Assembly (NCBI GenBank): GCA_043390165.1
Contig: DAWERM010000001.1
Coordinates: 50,777-114,776, forward strand
Length of the DNA stretch: 64,000 nt
Direction of reading: 5' to 3'
DNA from: Candidatus Azoamicus viridis
GTDB taxonomy: Bacteria > Pseudomonadota > Gammaproteobacteria > UBA6186 > Azoamicaceae
Positions 28,349-39,286 of this stretch are shown here, in pieces. Numbering within the stretch: the first letter of the stretch is position 1; every line of letters starts with the position of its first letter. A program made the position numbers and the translations under genes. Under the pieces are notes generated by a model. The model had not been told where the DNA came from. It ran no database searches and saw only the letters and a list, made by a program, of their open reading frames with translations.

Positions 28349-28619
28349 TTTTTAATATTTTAAGTGTAACAATTTCAGGATTTTTATATGGATGTGTAGT
28401 TATTATTTTTTTTATTAATTTTTTTAAACTTTTTGCTTCAGTTTTTATGATTATACTAAACTCTTTTTCTTTGTATATTTTGTTTTTATACATATAGATT
28501 GATTGTATATTTTTTAATATAGTTACACAATGAGACATTTTTAATTTAATTATATTTATAGCTGTTTTTTCAGCAGTAATATTGTTTGGATAATTGCAAA
28601 TAATTATATAGACGTTCAT
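28308..28619 (-). CDS. cutA: CutA divalent-cation tolerance protein
   Basis: AEK.A, CV, SIY...E.E..IIKT, HPY..PEI; divergent from groES. Confidence 0.8.
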   Translation of the reverse strand: MNVYIIICNYPNNITAEKTAINIIKLKMSHCVTILKNIQSIYMYKNKIYKEKEFSIIIKTEAKSLKKLIKKIITTHPYKNPEIVTLKILKNENRTNRETNNID

Positions 28620-28785
28620 GTTTTTTTTTAGAATTTTAGCTTCTATTATATGTTTTTTAAATTTAGATTAAAAATTAATTTTTAGGGGTTGTTTTTATTA
28701 AAAAAAACTATATATATACTTCTAAATGTAATTTTTAATTAATTTTTTATTAGATTTTATATAATTATGAATTGGAGTTGTTATT

Positions 28786-29076
28786 ATGAATAATGTAGGT
28801 ATTCGTCCTTTATCGGATAGAGTTGTTATAAAAAGGGTTGAAAAACGTACTACAGATGGTGGTATAATTATTCCTGAAACATCGAATGATAAATCTCAAA
28901 AGGGCATTGTTGTCGCAATAGGTCCTGGCAAGGTGGATAATGGCAAGTTACAGCCGTTATCCTTAAAGTGCAATGATAATGTTATATTTGGGAAATATTC
29001 TGGTACTGAAATTACAATAAAGGGTCAGGATTATTTAATTATGAAAGAAGAAGATGTTATAGGAATTATTGAATAA
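28786..29076 (+). CDS. groES: Co-chaperonin GroES
   Basis: IRPLSDRVVIK, GGIIIP, G.VVAIGPG, FGKYSGTE. Confidence 0.97.
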   Translation: MNNVGIRPLSDRVVIKRVEKRTTDGGIIIPETSNDKSQKGIVVAIGPGKVDNGKLQPLSLKCNDNVIFGKYSGTEITIKGQDYLIMKEEDVIGIIE

Positions 29077-29096
29077 TTTTTGTTTATTTATGTTAA

Positions 29097-30767
<1,671 letters not shown>

Positions 30768-30773
30768 AATGGA

Positions 30774-30796
30774 TGCTGGAATTTTATATTCCAGCA
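30774..30796. terminator. Hairpin between convergent groEL and ybaB, likely terminator
   Basis: Perfect 9-bp inverted repeat TGCTGGAAT-tttat-ATTCCAGCA, 6 nt after the groEL stop; U-tract is weak. Confidence 0.6.
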
Positions 30797-30836
30797 CAAA
30801 ATATGATAGTCGTAGTGGTTCAGATTTTTTTAATAA

Positions 30837-31133
30837 TTAGTTTAAACTTAACATATGTTCGGTTGTTACTGTTGTTTTTATAGTTTCTTGTTTCTTTATA
30901 TAATCATTTATAGCTAATAGTAATAGTTTTTCTATAATATCTTTTTTTTCAGTAAGAATGCTTTCATCTATATTTATATTTTTTATATTGCCATTTCCTG
31001 TGCCTGTTATTTTGATTGCTCCAGCTCCAGATTCTCCAGTTATTATTTTTTTATCTAGTTCTGTTTTAATTTTATTTATTATATTTGAGCTTTTATTTAT
31101 ATTAGAGAAAATATCATTTATGTAATTGTTCAT
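30837..31133 (-). CDS. ybaB: YbaB/EbfC nucleoid-associated protein
   Basis: GESGAGAIKI.GTG, I.ID.S, E.L...A.ND; follows dnaX. Confidence 0.85.
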   Translation of the reverse strand: MNNYINDIFSNINKSSNIINKIKTELDKKIITGESGAGAIKITGTGNGNIKNINIDESILTEKKDIIEKLLLLAINDYIKKQETIKTTVTTEHMLSLN

Positions 31134-31139
31134 TTTTTA

Positions 31140-32219
31140 TTAACTTTTCTTTTTTAATATTATTTTTGTAATAAGAAAATCAAATCCTAGTTTGATATTA
31201 GGGGAGTATTCTATATAATTTTTTTCTTCTGATATACTATTGTAATATTCTTGTATGTCTTTAATGTTAAGAGCATTGGATATTATATCCATAATTCTAT
31301 CTTTTTTAAACTTTATTTTTTTTATGTTTAATTTATAAATTAGTATTTCATGCAATACTATTTGTATTTGATCCAATATCTTGTTGTAGTCTGTTGTATT
31401 TTCATTTAGCAAATCTGTTAATTTTAATATTTTAGTTAATTTTTTTTTATGTATTAATATTATTAATAGATAGATTTTCTTTTTATTGATTATTCCGATA
31501 AAATTTTCTAGATACTTATAGTTAATAATGTTGTCATTTAAAATTATTATTTTTTCTAATGTATTTATAGCATGCCTAAGACTTCCATTTGAAAAATGCG
31601 CAATTAAGCGTATCGATTCTGCATTATATTTTATTTTTTCAGTTTCTAGTATTTTGATTAATCTACTATAAATTTCATTGTATGAAATTCTTTTCAGATC
31701 TAGATTAATTGATCTTGATATTATTGTTTCTGGTATTTTATTTATATTTGTTGTTATTAGTATGTATTTGGTGTTTTTTACTGGTTCTTCTAATGTTTTT
31801 AATAATACATTAAAGCTGCTATTTGATAGCATGTGAACTTCATCTAATATATATATTTTAAAACGACTATACATTGTTGTGTAGTTTGATGAATTTATTA
31901 AATCTTTTATGTCTTCAACTTTTGTTTTTGATGCTGCGTCTAGTTCTATTGTATCCATACTTGAACTTGTGTTTATACTTTTACATGAATTGCAGTTGTC
32001 ACATGGTGTTAATGTTATTTCCAATTCACAATTTAAACATTTTGAAAATATTCTAGCAATTGTAGTTTTTCCTGTTCCTGGTGCTCCGTTTATTAAATAA
32101 CAGTGATGCAATTTGTTTTGTTTTATGGAATTTTTAAGTATAAATACGGCTTCGTTTTGACCTACGACATCGTCAAATTTTTTTGGCCGCCATTTATTTG
32201 AAAGTATTTCGTAAGTCAT
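31140..32219 (-). CDS. dnaX: DNA polymerase III gamma/tau (gamma-length, no C-terminal tau domains)
   Basis: KWRP..F.DVVGQ, GAPGTGKTT.AR, CLNC..PC..C..C, DEVHML, LLKTLEEP. Confidence 0.95.
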   Translation of the reverse strand: MTYEILSNKWRPKKFDDVVGQNEAVFILKNSIKQNKLHHCYLINGAPGTGKTTIARIFSKCLNCELEITLTPCDNCNSCKSINTSSSMDTIELDAASKTKVEDIKDLINSSNYTTMYSRFKIYILDEVHMLSNSSFNVLLKTLEEPVKNTKYILITTNINKIPETIISRSINLDLKRISYNEIYSRLIKILETEKIKYNAESIRLIAHFSNGSLRHAINTLEKIIILNDNIINYKYLENFIGIINKKKIYLLIILIHKKKLTKILKLTDLLNENTTDYNKILDQIQIVLHEILIYKLNIKKIKFKKDRIMDIISNALNIKDIQEYYNSISEEKNYIEYSPNIKLGFDFLITKIILKKKS

Positions 32220-32243
32220 GTAGAATTTTTGAATCTTCCTTTT

Positions 32244-32356
32244 GGTAGTTTTGTATAGCCATTTTTACATCTATCTTTGAATGCTACCGCTGCTACCTTC
32301 CGATCCTGACGGGGTTTTACATTCTTCAATCTTGCAAGTGACTATACAAATCTACC
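32244..32356 (-). ncRNA. ffs: SRP RNA (4.5S)
   Basis: Reverse complement holds the helix-8 motif CCGTCAGG-ATCGGAAGGT-AGCAGCGG with GGAA tetraloop. Terminal stem GGTAGATTTGTATAGTCA/TGGCTATACAAAACTACC. Upstream of dnaX. Confidence 0.9.
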
Positions 32357-32395
32357 GGCAAGAATAATATCATATTTATAGTGCATATGATAGTG

Positions 32396-33133
32396 TTATT
32401 TGAATTTTTTTATAGCAACTTTTGCGTTTTTATTTAAAAATGTTTCGTTGTATGATTTTGTTAAAATATATAATTCTTTGTACTTTAAGCTGTTTTTTAT
32501 CTTGTAGTTTTTATCAAGTGAATTAATTCTATTAATAGATGCTGAGTATATTTTTCTTTCCATATAATATTCTGCTATGTTTAATTCATGATTTATTATT
32601 TCTTTGTTTAGAAAATCTATTTTATTATTAGTTTTTTTTACAAGTGTTTTATTTTTGCAATTTTTTTTTATTAATTCTAAATTAATCAATGACTGTTTTG
32701 TAGCGTTTTGGTCGCGTTTAAATTTTTTTATAGGGAAAATATTAAAAAATATGTTTTTTGGGGTAGTGTATTCTAAAATTGATTTTAAGTAATATGCGTA
32801 ATTTGTATATTTATCTGTTTTATATGTTTTAGTGTAAGTATTTATATTGTTTAATGCAGATTTAAAATTTTTCAATTTATATTGAATTATTATTATATAA
32901 AGTTTGGAAATTTTAATTTTTTTTGGTTTTGTGTTTTTATTTGTTATTACTTTATAAAATGTATGAATAGCTTGTGTGTATTTGTGGTTTAAATACTGTT
33001 TTTTTGCTATGAAATAGTTTGTATCAGTTTTTGCATAAATTTCACGTGTTCCTATTATTATAAATATAATAATGAAAAAGAATTGTAGTATATTTAAAAA
33101 TATATTTTTTTTAGTTAGTGATTGTTTTATCAT
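32396..33133 (-). CDS. bamD: Outer-membrane assembly factor BamD (divergent)
   Basis: TPR-like helices, YAYYL, RDQ, HELNIAEYY..R..Y.ASINR. Confidence 0.8.
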   Translation of the reverse strand: MIKQSLTKKNIFLNILQFFFIIIFIIIGTREIYAKTDTNYFIAKKQYLNHKYTQAIHTFYKVITNKNTKPKKIKISKLYIIIIQYKLKNFKSALNNINTYTKTYKTDKYTNYAYYLKSILEYTTPKNIFFNIFPIKKFKRDQNATKQSLINLELIKKNCKNKTLVKKTNNKIDFLNKEIINHELNIAEYYMERKIYSASINRINSLDKNYKIKNSLKYKELYILTKSYNETFLNKNAKVAIKKFK

Positions 33134-34443
33134 AATGGATGTTTGTTTTTTCCTAGTGTTATTTTTTTTATATTTATTTTTATTGGAATATTTATTAATT
33201 TTAATTTTTTTATTAATGATCCTAATATGTATTTTTTATAATTTATAGAGATTTTTTCTTTATTAGCAAATATATTTATTGTTAGCGGTTCATATTTAAT
33301 TACATTAGCGTAGTAAAATTTCGTTTTTTCGGTGTAACATTTTTTACTTTCTATAATTTTTATTATATTTTTTAGATATGTTGATGAATATTTTATATTT
33401 TGGAAATTATTTAAAAATGATATTTTATTAGTTAAATTTTTAATTCCAAATCCATATTTAGATGATATGAAATGATATGTTATAAATTCTGCAAATTTTA
33501 ATTTTATTTTTATTATTTTTTCAGTTTCTTTTAATTTTTTTTTTTCAATTAAATCTGACTTATTTATTGCTATTATTACAGGTTTTCCTATATTAATGCT
33601 ATACCTTAATAAGTTTAAATCTTGTTTAGTTATTCCATCTATAATGTCTATAACTAATATGGACATATTGCTATTATTTATTGATTCGAAGCTTTGTTTA
33701 ATAGCAATTTTTTCTGTATCATTTATTAATTTTTTTTTGTATTTTATTCCTGCTGTATCTACTATAATATAGTTTTTTTTATTAATATTTAAGTCTACAT
33801 GTATACTATCTCTAGTTGTCCCAGGTTTGCTATGCACTATTGTTCTGTTTGAGTTTGTTATTTTATTTACTAATGACGATTTTCCAACATTTGGCCTACC
33901 TAATATTGCAATTTTATAGTTATTATTTATTTTTATATTATCTTCCAAAGAATTTTTTGAAGAATTTGTTTCTATTTCTGATAATAATTTATTTATTCCT
34001 ATATTTTGTTTTATTGATATTTTAGTTGTAGTTTTGAATTTAAGTTTTTCATTCTCGAATATTGTATCATGTTGGTTTAATAAATCTATTTTATTTATAA
34101 TAAATATTATCTTTTTTCCAAGTTTTTTTAAAATATTTATTATATTTACATCTATGTAATTAATTTTAGCATTTGCTTCAAACATATATAGAATTATAGT
34201 TGATTCTTTTATTGCTATCCAAGTTTGCTTTAATGATAAAAAGTCTGTTTCTTCGTTTTCGTATCCTATACCCGCAGTGTCTGTTATAGAATATATGGTT
34301 GATTTTATTTTTGTTAATTTACATTTTCTATCTCTTGTATAACCCATATGGTTTGTTACTAATGAGTTCTTCGTTTTGGTTAATACATTAAACAATGATG
34401 ATTTGCCTACGTTTTTTTTTCCTAATATAACTATTTTATCCAT
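33130..34443 (-). CDS. der: Ribosome biogenesis GTPase Der/EngA
   Basis: Two G domains: GKKNVGKSS..TRDR..DTAG..NKID and GRPNVGKSS..GTTRD..DTAG..NKSD. Confidence 0.95.
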   Translation of the reverse strand: MDKIVILGKKNVGKSSLFNVLTKTKNSLVTNHMGYTRDRKCKLTKIKSTIYSITDTAGIGYENEETDFLSLKQTWIAIKESTIILYMFEANAKINYIDVNIINILKKLGKKIIFIINKIDLLNQHDTIFENEKLKFKTTTKISIKQNIGINKLLSEIETNSSKNSLEDNIKINNNYKIAILGRPNVGKSSLVNKITNSNRTIVHSKPGTTRDSIHVDLNINKKNYIIVDTAGIKYKKKLINDTEKIAIKQSFESINNSNMSILVIDIIDGITKQDLNLLRYSINIGKPVIIAINKSDLIEKKKLKETEKIIKIKLKFAEFITYHFISSKYGFGIKNLTNKISFLNNFQNIKYSSTYLKNIIKIIESKKCYTEKTKFYYANVIKYEPLTINIFANKEKISINYKKYILGSLIKKLKLINIPIKINIKKITLGKNKHPL

Positions 34444-34444
34444 A

Positions 34445-35587
34445 TTATACTTTTATTTTTATGTATATTATCTTTCCATTTTTAGATAATACATAGATAT
34501 TTTCTTTATTTGTTTTTTGTAATTTTTTTATTTTAGAGCTAATGCTTATTTTTTCTTTTATTTCAGTAATTTTGTTATCATTTTTTATTAAATATAACGT
34601 TCCATTTTCATCACTTATAATTGTTGCGTTTAGTTTATTTAAAAATATTGGATTTGTTAATTTTTTTGTAGTTAAGTTGTTGTTTTTCCATATTAGCTCT
34701 CCATTGTCTTTATTAAGTAATTTTATTTTGCCTGTTTTTTTTACGATAAGTATATTATCGTTTGTTTTTAATATGTTTACTTTTGATTTAAATGTTTTTT
34801 TCCATAAAATTTCTTTCGTGTTAATTTTTATGGCTGTTAAATTTCCATTGTAATTTAATGTATATAGAATTTTATTATAAAAAATTATTGTTTTTATTGC
34901 ATTTAGTGATTGTTTATATTCTGTTGAATATTGTGAACCAAGCATATCTTTAACCCATAGTATATTACCAAATTTTTGATTTATCGCTGTTATTTTTCCA
35001 TTATATGAGATATTATAAAGAGTATTTTTTGATTTTATAAGTGTGTGTGTTCCTAATATACTTGGTTGTATTGTGTTTATAGAAGAATGCCAAATTTTTT
35101 TTCCATTTGATGAGTCTAATGCTATTATTTTATCATCGTGAGTTGATATATATATTGTATCATTTGTAGCTTTTATTAGAAATGTAAGTTTATCTTCAAG
35201 TTTTATCTTCCATTTTATACTTCCTGTGTAGTTATCTATTGCTATTAAATTTTTATTTTTTGTAATTAGTATAGCAAGTTGTTTATTTGCTATGATCCCG
35301 GAAGTAATAGTGTTTTTGAATATTTTTTTCCAAATAATTTTATTATTTTTTATTAGAGTTATTTTATTTTTATATGGTACATATACAGTATTATCTACAA
35401 ATTTACAATTTGTTAGTGATCCAATATGATTAGTGTTAATGCATTTTGCGTAGATTTTTTCTATTTTTATACTATTGTATAAGTTATTTTGTGCATAACT
35501 ATTTTTGGAATTTAAATTTATTATAATTAGCATTAATGTTAATATTATTGATAGTTTAATGTTTGTTTTTTTTGTAGTTGTTAGCAT
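34445..35587 (-). CDS. bamB: BamB-like PQQ-repeat beta-propeller (divergent)
   Basis: Repeated A.D..G..W motifs; sits between yfgM and der as in the hisS-yfgM-bamB-der operon. Confidence 0.78.
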   Translation of the reverse strand: MLTTTKKTNIKLSIILTLMLIIINLNSKNSYAQNNLYNSIKIEKIYAKCINTNHIGSLTNCKFVDNTVYVPYKNKITLIKNNKIIWKKIFKNTITSGIIANKQLAILITKNKNLIAIDNYTGSIKWKIKLEDKLTFLIKATNDTIYISTHDDKIIALDSSNGKKIWHSSINTIQPSILGTHTLIKSKNTLYNISYNGKITAINQKFGNILWVKDMLGSQYSTEYKQSLNAIKTIIFYNKILYTLNYNGNLTAIKINTKEILWKKTFKSKVNILKTNDNILIVKKTGKIKLLNKDNGELIWKNNNLTTKKLTNPIFLNKLNATIISDENGTLYLIKNDNKITEIKEKISISSKIKKLQKTNKENIYVLSKNGKIIYIKIKV

Positions 35588-35591
35588 ATTT

Positions 35592-36188
35592 TTAGTTAGT
35601 ATTTTTTAAAATTTCTAGTTTTAATTTTATTATGTTTTTGTATTTATTGTTTTTAGCTTTAGATAATGTTTTTAAGTAAGCTATTCTTGCTAAATTTTTT
35701 TTTTTAATTTTTGTGTAAATATCTCCTTTTAAATTTTCATATATGCAAATATATGGATTTTTATTTGTTATTAAATTTATTTTATTTAAAGCGTTTACGT
35801 ATTGTTTTTCAAATATTAGTATTTCTATTGTTTTAATATTTGCTAAATTGAAAAATTTAGACTTTTTATTATTTGTAATGAGTTGTAAATAATTTTTACT
35901 TTTTATATATTTTCCAGTGTCAAAGTACATTTTAGCTAACAGTAAACACGATAGATTATAATATATAGAATGTGTATTTTTTTTAATTGTGTATTTTGAA
36001 TTTAGTTTTGCAGATTTTATGTCGGTTTTTTTTATAGATTTTACTGTATTATAGTAATAGTAAGACTCAATTTTTAATGTTTCTTGCATATCTTTATTTG
36101 AATAGTATTTATATAAAAATATAAATAATATTGTATTTAAAATAAAAAAAATTGTAATTAGTATGATTTTTTTTGTAAAATTAGACAT
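35592..36188 (-). CDS. yfgM: YfgM-like TPR membrane protein
   Basis: N-terminal TM helix, Y..L..L.LAK, LKGDIY....AR.AY; synteny with hisS and bamB. Confidence 0.75.
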   Translation of the reverse strand: MSNFTKKIILITIFFILNTILFIFLYKYYSNKDMQETLKIESYYYYNTVKSIKKTDIKSAKLNSKYTIKKNTHSIYYNLSCLLLAKMYFDTGKYIKSKNYLQLITNNKKSKFFNLANIKTIEILIFEKQYVNALNKINLITNKNPYICIYENLKGDIYTKIKKKNLARIAYLKTLSKAKNNKYKNIIKLKLEILKNTN

Positions 36189-37428
36189 TTTGCATGCTTA
36201 TATGATTGTTTATTTCTGAAATATCTATTTCTTTTTCCGATTTTTTTTCTAAATTTATTATTTTTATATTTTTATGTATTTCATCGTTTATAATTATGAT
36301 TATTTTTATTTTCATATTTTTTGCTATTTGTATTTGTTTTTCTATGCTTTTATTTATATCTCCATTAAGTATTTCTAAATTATTTAATTTATATCGTATT
36401 TTTTCTGATATTTTTAAATTATATCTGATTTCGTTGTTTTTATTGAAAACAATATATAATTTTTTTTCAATTTTTTTAATATTATTTTTTGTTATTAATT
36501 CCAATCTTTCTATACCTATAGCGTTTCCACAACCATAAGTTTCAGGTCCATTAAGTTGTTGGGATAATGTATCATATCTTCCTCCAGCACAAATAGAAAT
36601 TTTTTTGTTATCGATTATTGTTTTCCATTCGTAAACTAGACCATTGTAATAATCTAGTCCTCTTACTAAAATATTGTTAATTGTAAATGGTATTTCCAAA
36701 TATTCTAAGCTTTTTTTTATATGGAAAAATTTTTTTTTACAATCTTCATTTAAATAATTAACTAATATTGGAATATCAGGTTTATTCTTAACGTTATCAT
36801 CATCAAGTATTCGTATAGGATTATTTATTAATCTGTTTTTATTAATGTCTGATAAATTTTTTATATTATTCTTAAAATAATTTCTTAGATCATTTTGGTA
36901 ATTATCACGATCTATTTTATTTCCGATGTAATTAATTTCTAATATTAAATTATTTATATTTAGTTTTTTAAAGATATTATTTATGATAATTATATGTTCC
37001 AAGTCTATATCATAGTCTTTGAATCCATATGCTTCTATTCCAAATTGGCTAAATTGTCTTAGTCTTCCCATCTGTGGTTTTTCTCTACGGAACATTTGTC
37101 CGATGTACCATACTTTATGCTTTTGGTTATTTCTTAATGAACCACTATTGATCATAGCTTTTGTACAACCAGCAGTACCTTCTGGTCTAAGTGTTAAAGA
37201 ATTTTTATCTTTATCTATAAATGTAAACATTTCTTTTTCTATTACATCAGAGTTGGGGCCTAAAGTTCTAGTAAATAGTGATGTTTTTTCAAGTATAGGT
37301 AGTCTTATTTCTTCATAACCATAAGAATTCACAGTGGCTATCATTATTTTTTCTATATATTGCAGCGTATATGTATTTGATGGAAGTGTATATTTTATTC
37401 CTTTTAAGTTGAAGTCATTATTAATCAT
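36181..37428 (-). CDS. hisS: Histidine--tRNA ligase
   Basis: LRPEGTA, FRREKPQ.GR.RQF.Q, LVRGLDYY, AGGRYD.L, GIERL. Confidence 0.96.
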   Translation of the reverse strand: MINNDFNLKGIKYTLPSNTYTLQYIEKIMIATVNSYGYEEIRLPILEKTSLFTRTLGPNSDVIEKEMFTFIDKDKNSLTLRPEGTAGCTKAMINSGSLRNNQKHKVWYIGQMFRREKPQMGRLRQFSQFGIEAYGFKDYDIDLEHIIIINNIFKKLNINNLILEINYIGNKIDRDNYQNDLRNYFKNNIKNLSDINKNRLINNPIRILDDDNVKNKPDIPILVNYLNEDCKKKFFHIKKSLEYLEIPFTINNILVRGLDYYNGLVYEWKTIIDNKKISICAGGRYDTLSQQLNGPETYGCGNAIGIERLELITKNNIKKIEKKLYIVFNKNNEIRYNLKISEKIRYKLNNLEILNGDINKSIEKQIQIAKNMKIKIIIIINDEIHKNIKIINLEKKSEKEIDISEINNHISMQNV

Positions 37429-37451
37429 ATATTTGAATATAAATTAGTCTA

Positions 37452-38531
37452 TTATTTTTGTAGGTTTGAATTTTTGTTTCTTTTTTTTATATCTATAAAT
37501 TTTCCAGATAGTTGACCACATGCAGCATTTATTGTATTTCCCATTTTTTTTCTTATTGTTGTTATTATCTTTGATTTTTTTAAAGTATTCTGAAAATCAA
37601 TTATATCTTTCATACTTGTTGATTCGTATTTTGAATTTTCAAATTTATTGAATGGTATTAAGCAAACTTTACATTTTATTTTATTTAATAAATAAGCAAG
37701 TTCAGTTGCATGTTTTTTAGAATCATTGATATCTTTTAACATTATATATTCTATTGTTAATGTGTTTTTTTTTGAATATTCTTTACATGCATTTAATAAT
37801 TTTTTTATATTGTATTTTTTATTTATAGGCATAAGACTAGTTCTTTCACTATCATTTGTAGCGTGTAATGATATAGCTAGCGGTATTTTCAAGTCGGCTA
37901 TAGTTTTTATTTCTGGAACTATACCGCTAGTGCTGATTGTTAGTTTCTTTTTATTTATATTATAGCAGTGTTTATTTTCTATAACATTTATGGCTATTAT
38001 TAGGTTTTTAATATTTAATAATGGTTCTCCCATACCCATAAATACTATATTAGTAATTTTATTATTATTGTAATAAATATTACTTATTCTATCTTGTGCA
38101 TTAAACAATTGTCCAATTATTTCGTTTGGCTTTAAATTTCTGTAGAATCCATGAGACGCTGTATTGCAAAAAGTACAATTTAACATACATCCAACTTGAG
38201 ATGATATGCATATAGTAAAATGGTTTTTTTTGTTTGGTATAGCTACTGTTTCTATGTAATTTTTTTTATTTATTTTAAATAGCCATTTGATTGTATTTTT
38301 TTCATCTATATCTTCTTTGATCATTTTTAAAGTTTTTATTTTACATATTTTTTTCAATTTATTTCGTAAATTCAAGCTAAGATTAGTCATTAATTTTATG
38401 TTTAATTTGTTTTTTTTGTGTATCCATTCCAATATTTGTTTTGTGTGAAATTTTTTTTCTTTTATTAAAATTAGCAATTTATCTATTGAATTATAGTTGA
38501 AATTTAAAATATTTATTCTATTTGAGTACAT
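37452..38531 (-). CDS. rlmN: 23S rRNA/tRNA adenine C2-methyltransferase
   Basis: CISSQVGCMLNCTFC, MGMGEP, ISLHA, AACGQL. Confidence 0.96.
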   Translation of the reverse strand: MYSNRINILNFNYNSIDKLLILIKEKKFHTKQILEWIHKKNKLNIKLMTNLSLNLRNKLKKICKIKTLKMIKEDIDEKNTIKWLFKINKKNYIETVAIPNKKNHFTICISSQVGCMLNCTFCNTASHGFYRNLKPNEIIGQLFNAQDRISNIYYNNNKITNIVFMGMGEPLLNIKNLIIAINVIENKHCYNINKKKLTISTSGIVPEIKTIADLKIPLAISLHATNDSERTSLMPINKKYNIKKLLNACKEYSKKNTLTIEYIMLKDINDSKKHATELAYLLNKIKCKVCLIPFNKFENSKYESTSMKDIIDFQNTLKKSKIITTIRKKMGNTINAACGQLSGKFIDIKKRNKNSNLQK

Positions 38532-38944
38532 TATCTTTTCTTGAATATTGTGAATATTTCTTTTTTTGCTGCAGTATTGCTGTCTGAAGCATGTACAACA
38601 TTTTGTGTTAATCCTGATCCGAATTTATTTCTAATTGTTCCTGGTTTAGCTAATTTATAATTTGTTGATCCAATTAGTTCTCTAACTATAGCTATTGAGT
38701 TTTTACCTTCGATAATTATTGCCATTATTTTATAAGATGTAATAAAATCTATTAATTCTTTGAAGAATGGTTTTTCTTTATGTTCTTCATAAAATTCTAT
38801 AGCTTTTTTCTTTCTAATTTTTGTTATTTTAGCATCAACTATTGTTAATTTATTTTTTTCAAAAATATTTATTATTTCTCCAATAATATTTTTTTTCATA
38901 CCATCTGGCTTAATTATAAGTAAAGTTTTCTCTTTGTTATTCAT
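38531..38944 (-). CDS. ndk: Nucleoside diphosphate kinase
   Basis: IKPDG, FY.EH..KPFF, PGTIR, N.VHASD. Confidence 0.96.
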   Translation of the reverse strand: MNNKEKTLLIIKPDGMKKNIIGEIINIFEKNKLTIVDAKITKIRKKKAIEFYEEHKEKPFFKELIDFITSYKIMAIIIEGKNSIAIVRELIGSTNYKLAKPGTIRNKFGSGLTQNVVHASDSNTAAKKEIFTIFKKR

Positions 38945-38965
38945 TGAGGTCTCCTGTTTTTAAAT

Positions 38966-39286
38966 GAGCAAATTTATAAGCCGAATTTTGTAGAAAATAA
39001 AAATTCATCTATGAATTTATGTTACCATATTTCTTTAGCGATCTACCCAAATTAATATGAAAATATATTATATATTTTATTTGATCTTGCTCCAGATGAG
39101 GTTTATCTATTGCTATTTTTTTAAATAGCAATGTATGCTTTTACCATACTTTTTCACCATTTCAATTAGTTGTATATTTTCTGTTATACTTTCTATAAAT
39201 TTAATTTTTCAAGATGTTATCTTGCATCTTTTTTCAGGAGTTCGGACTTTCCTCTTTATATGTTAAAGTAATTATTAAATTTGCTC
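38966..39286 (-). ncRNA. rnpB: RNase P RNA, type A, extremely AU-rich
   Basis: Reverse complement gives P1 GAGCAAATTT/AAATTTGCTC, GAGGAAAGTCCGAA pairing with ACAAAATTCGGCTTA (P4), ACAGAAA, GGTGAAA, a GGTAAAAG loop, GAGCAAG, and AGATGAAT. About 321 nt. Confidence 0.92.

Noticed and set aside
28680-28725. Sigma32 promoter or CIRCE element upstream of groES
   Set aside because: Only a degenerate GGGGTTGTTT..CTATAT match in AT-rich DNA, and no CIRCE inverted repeat.
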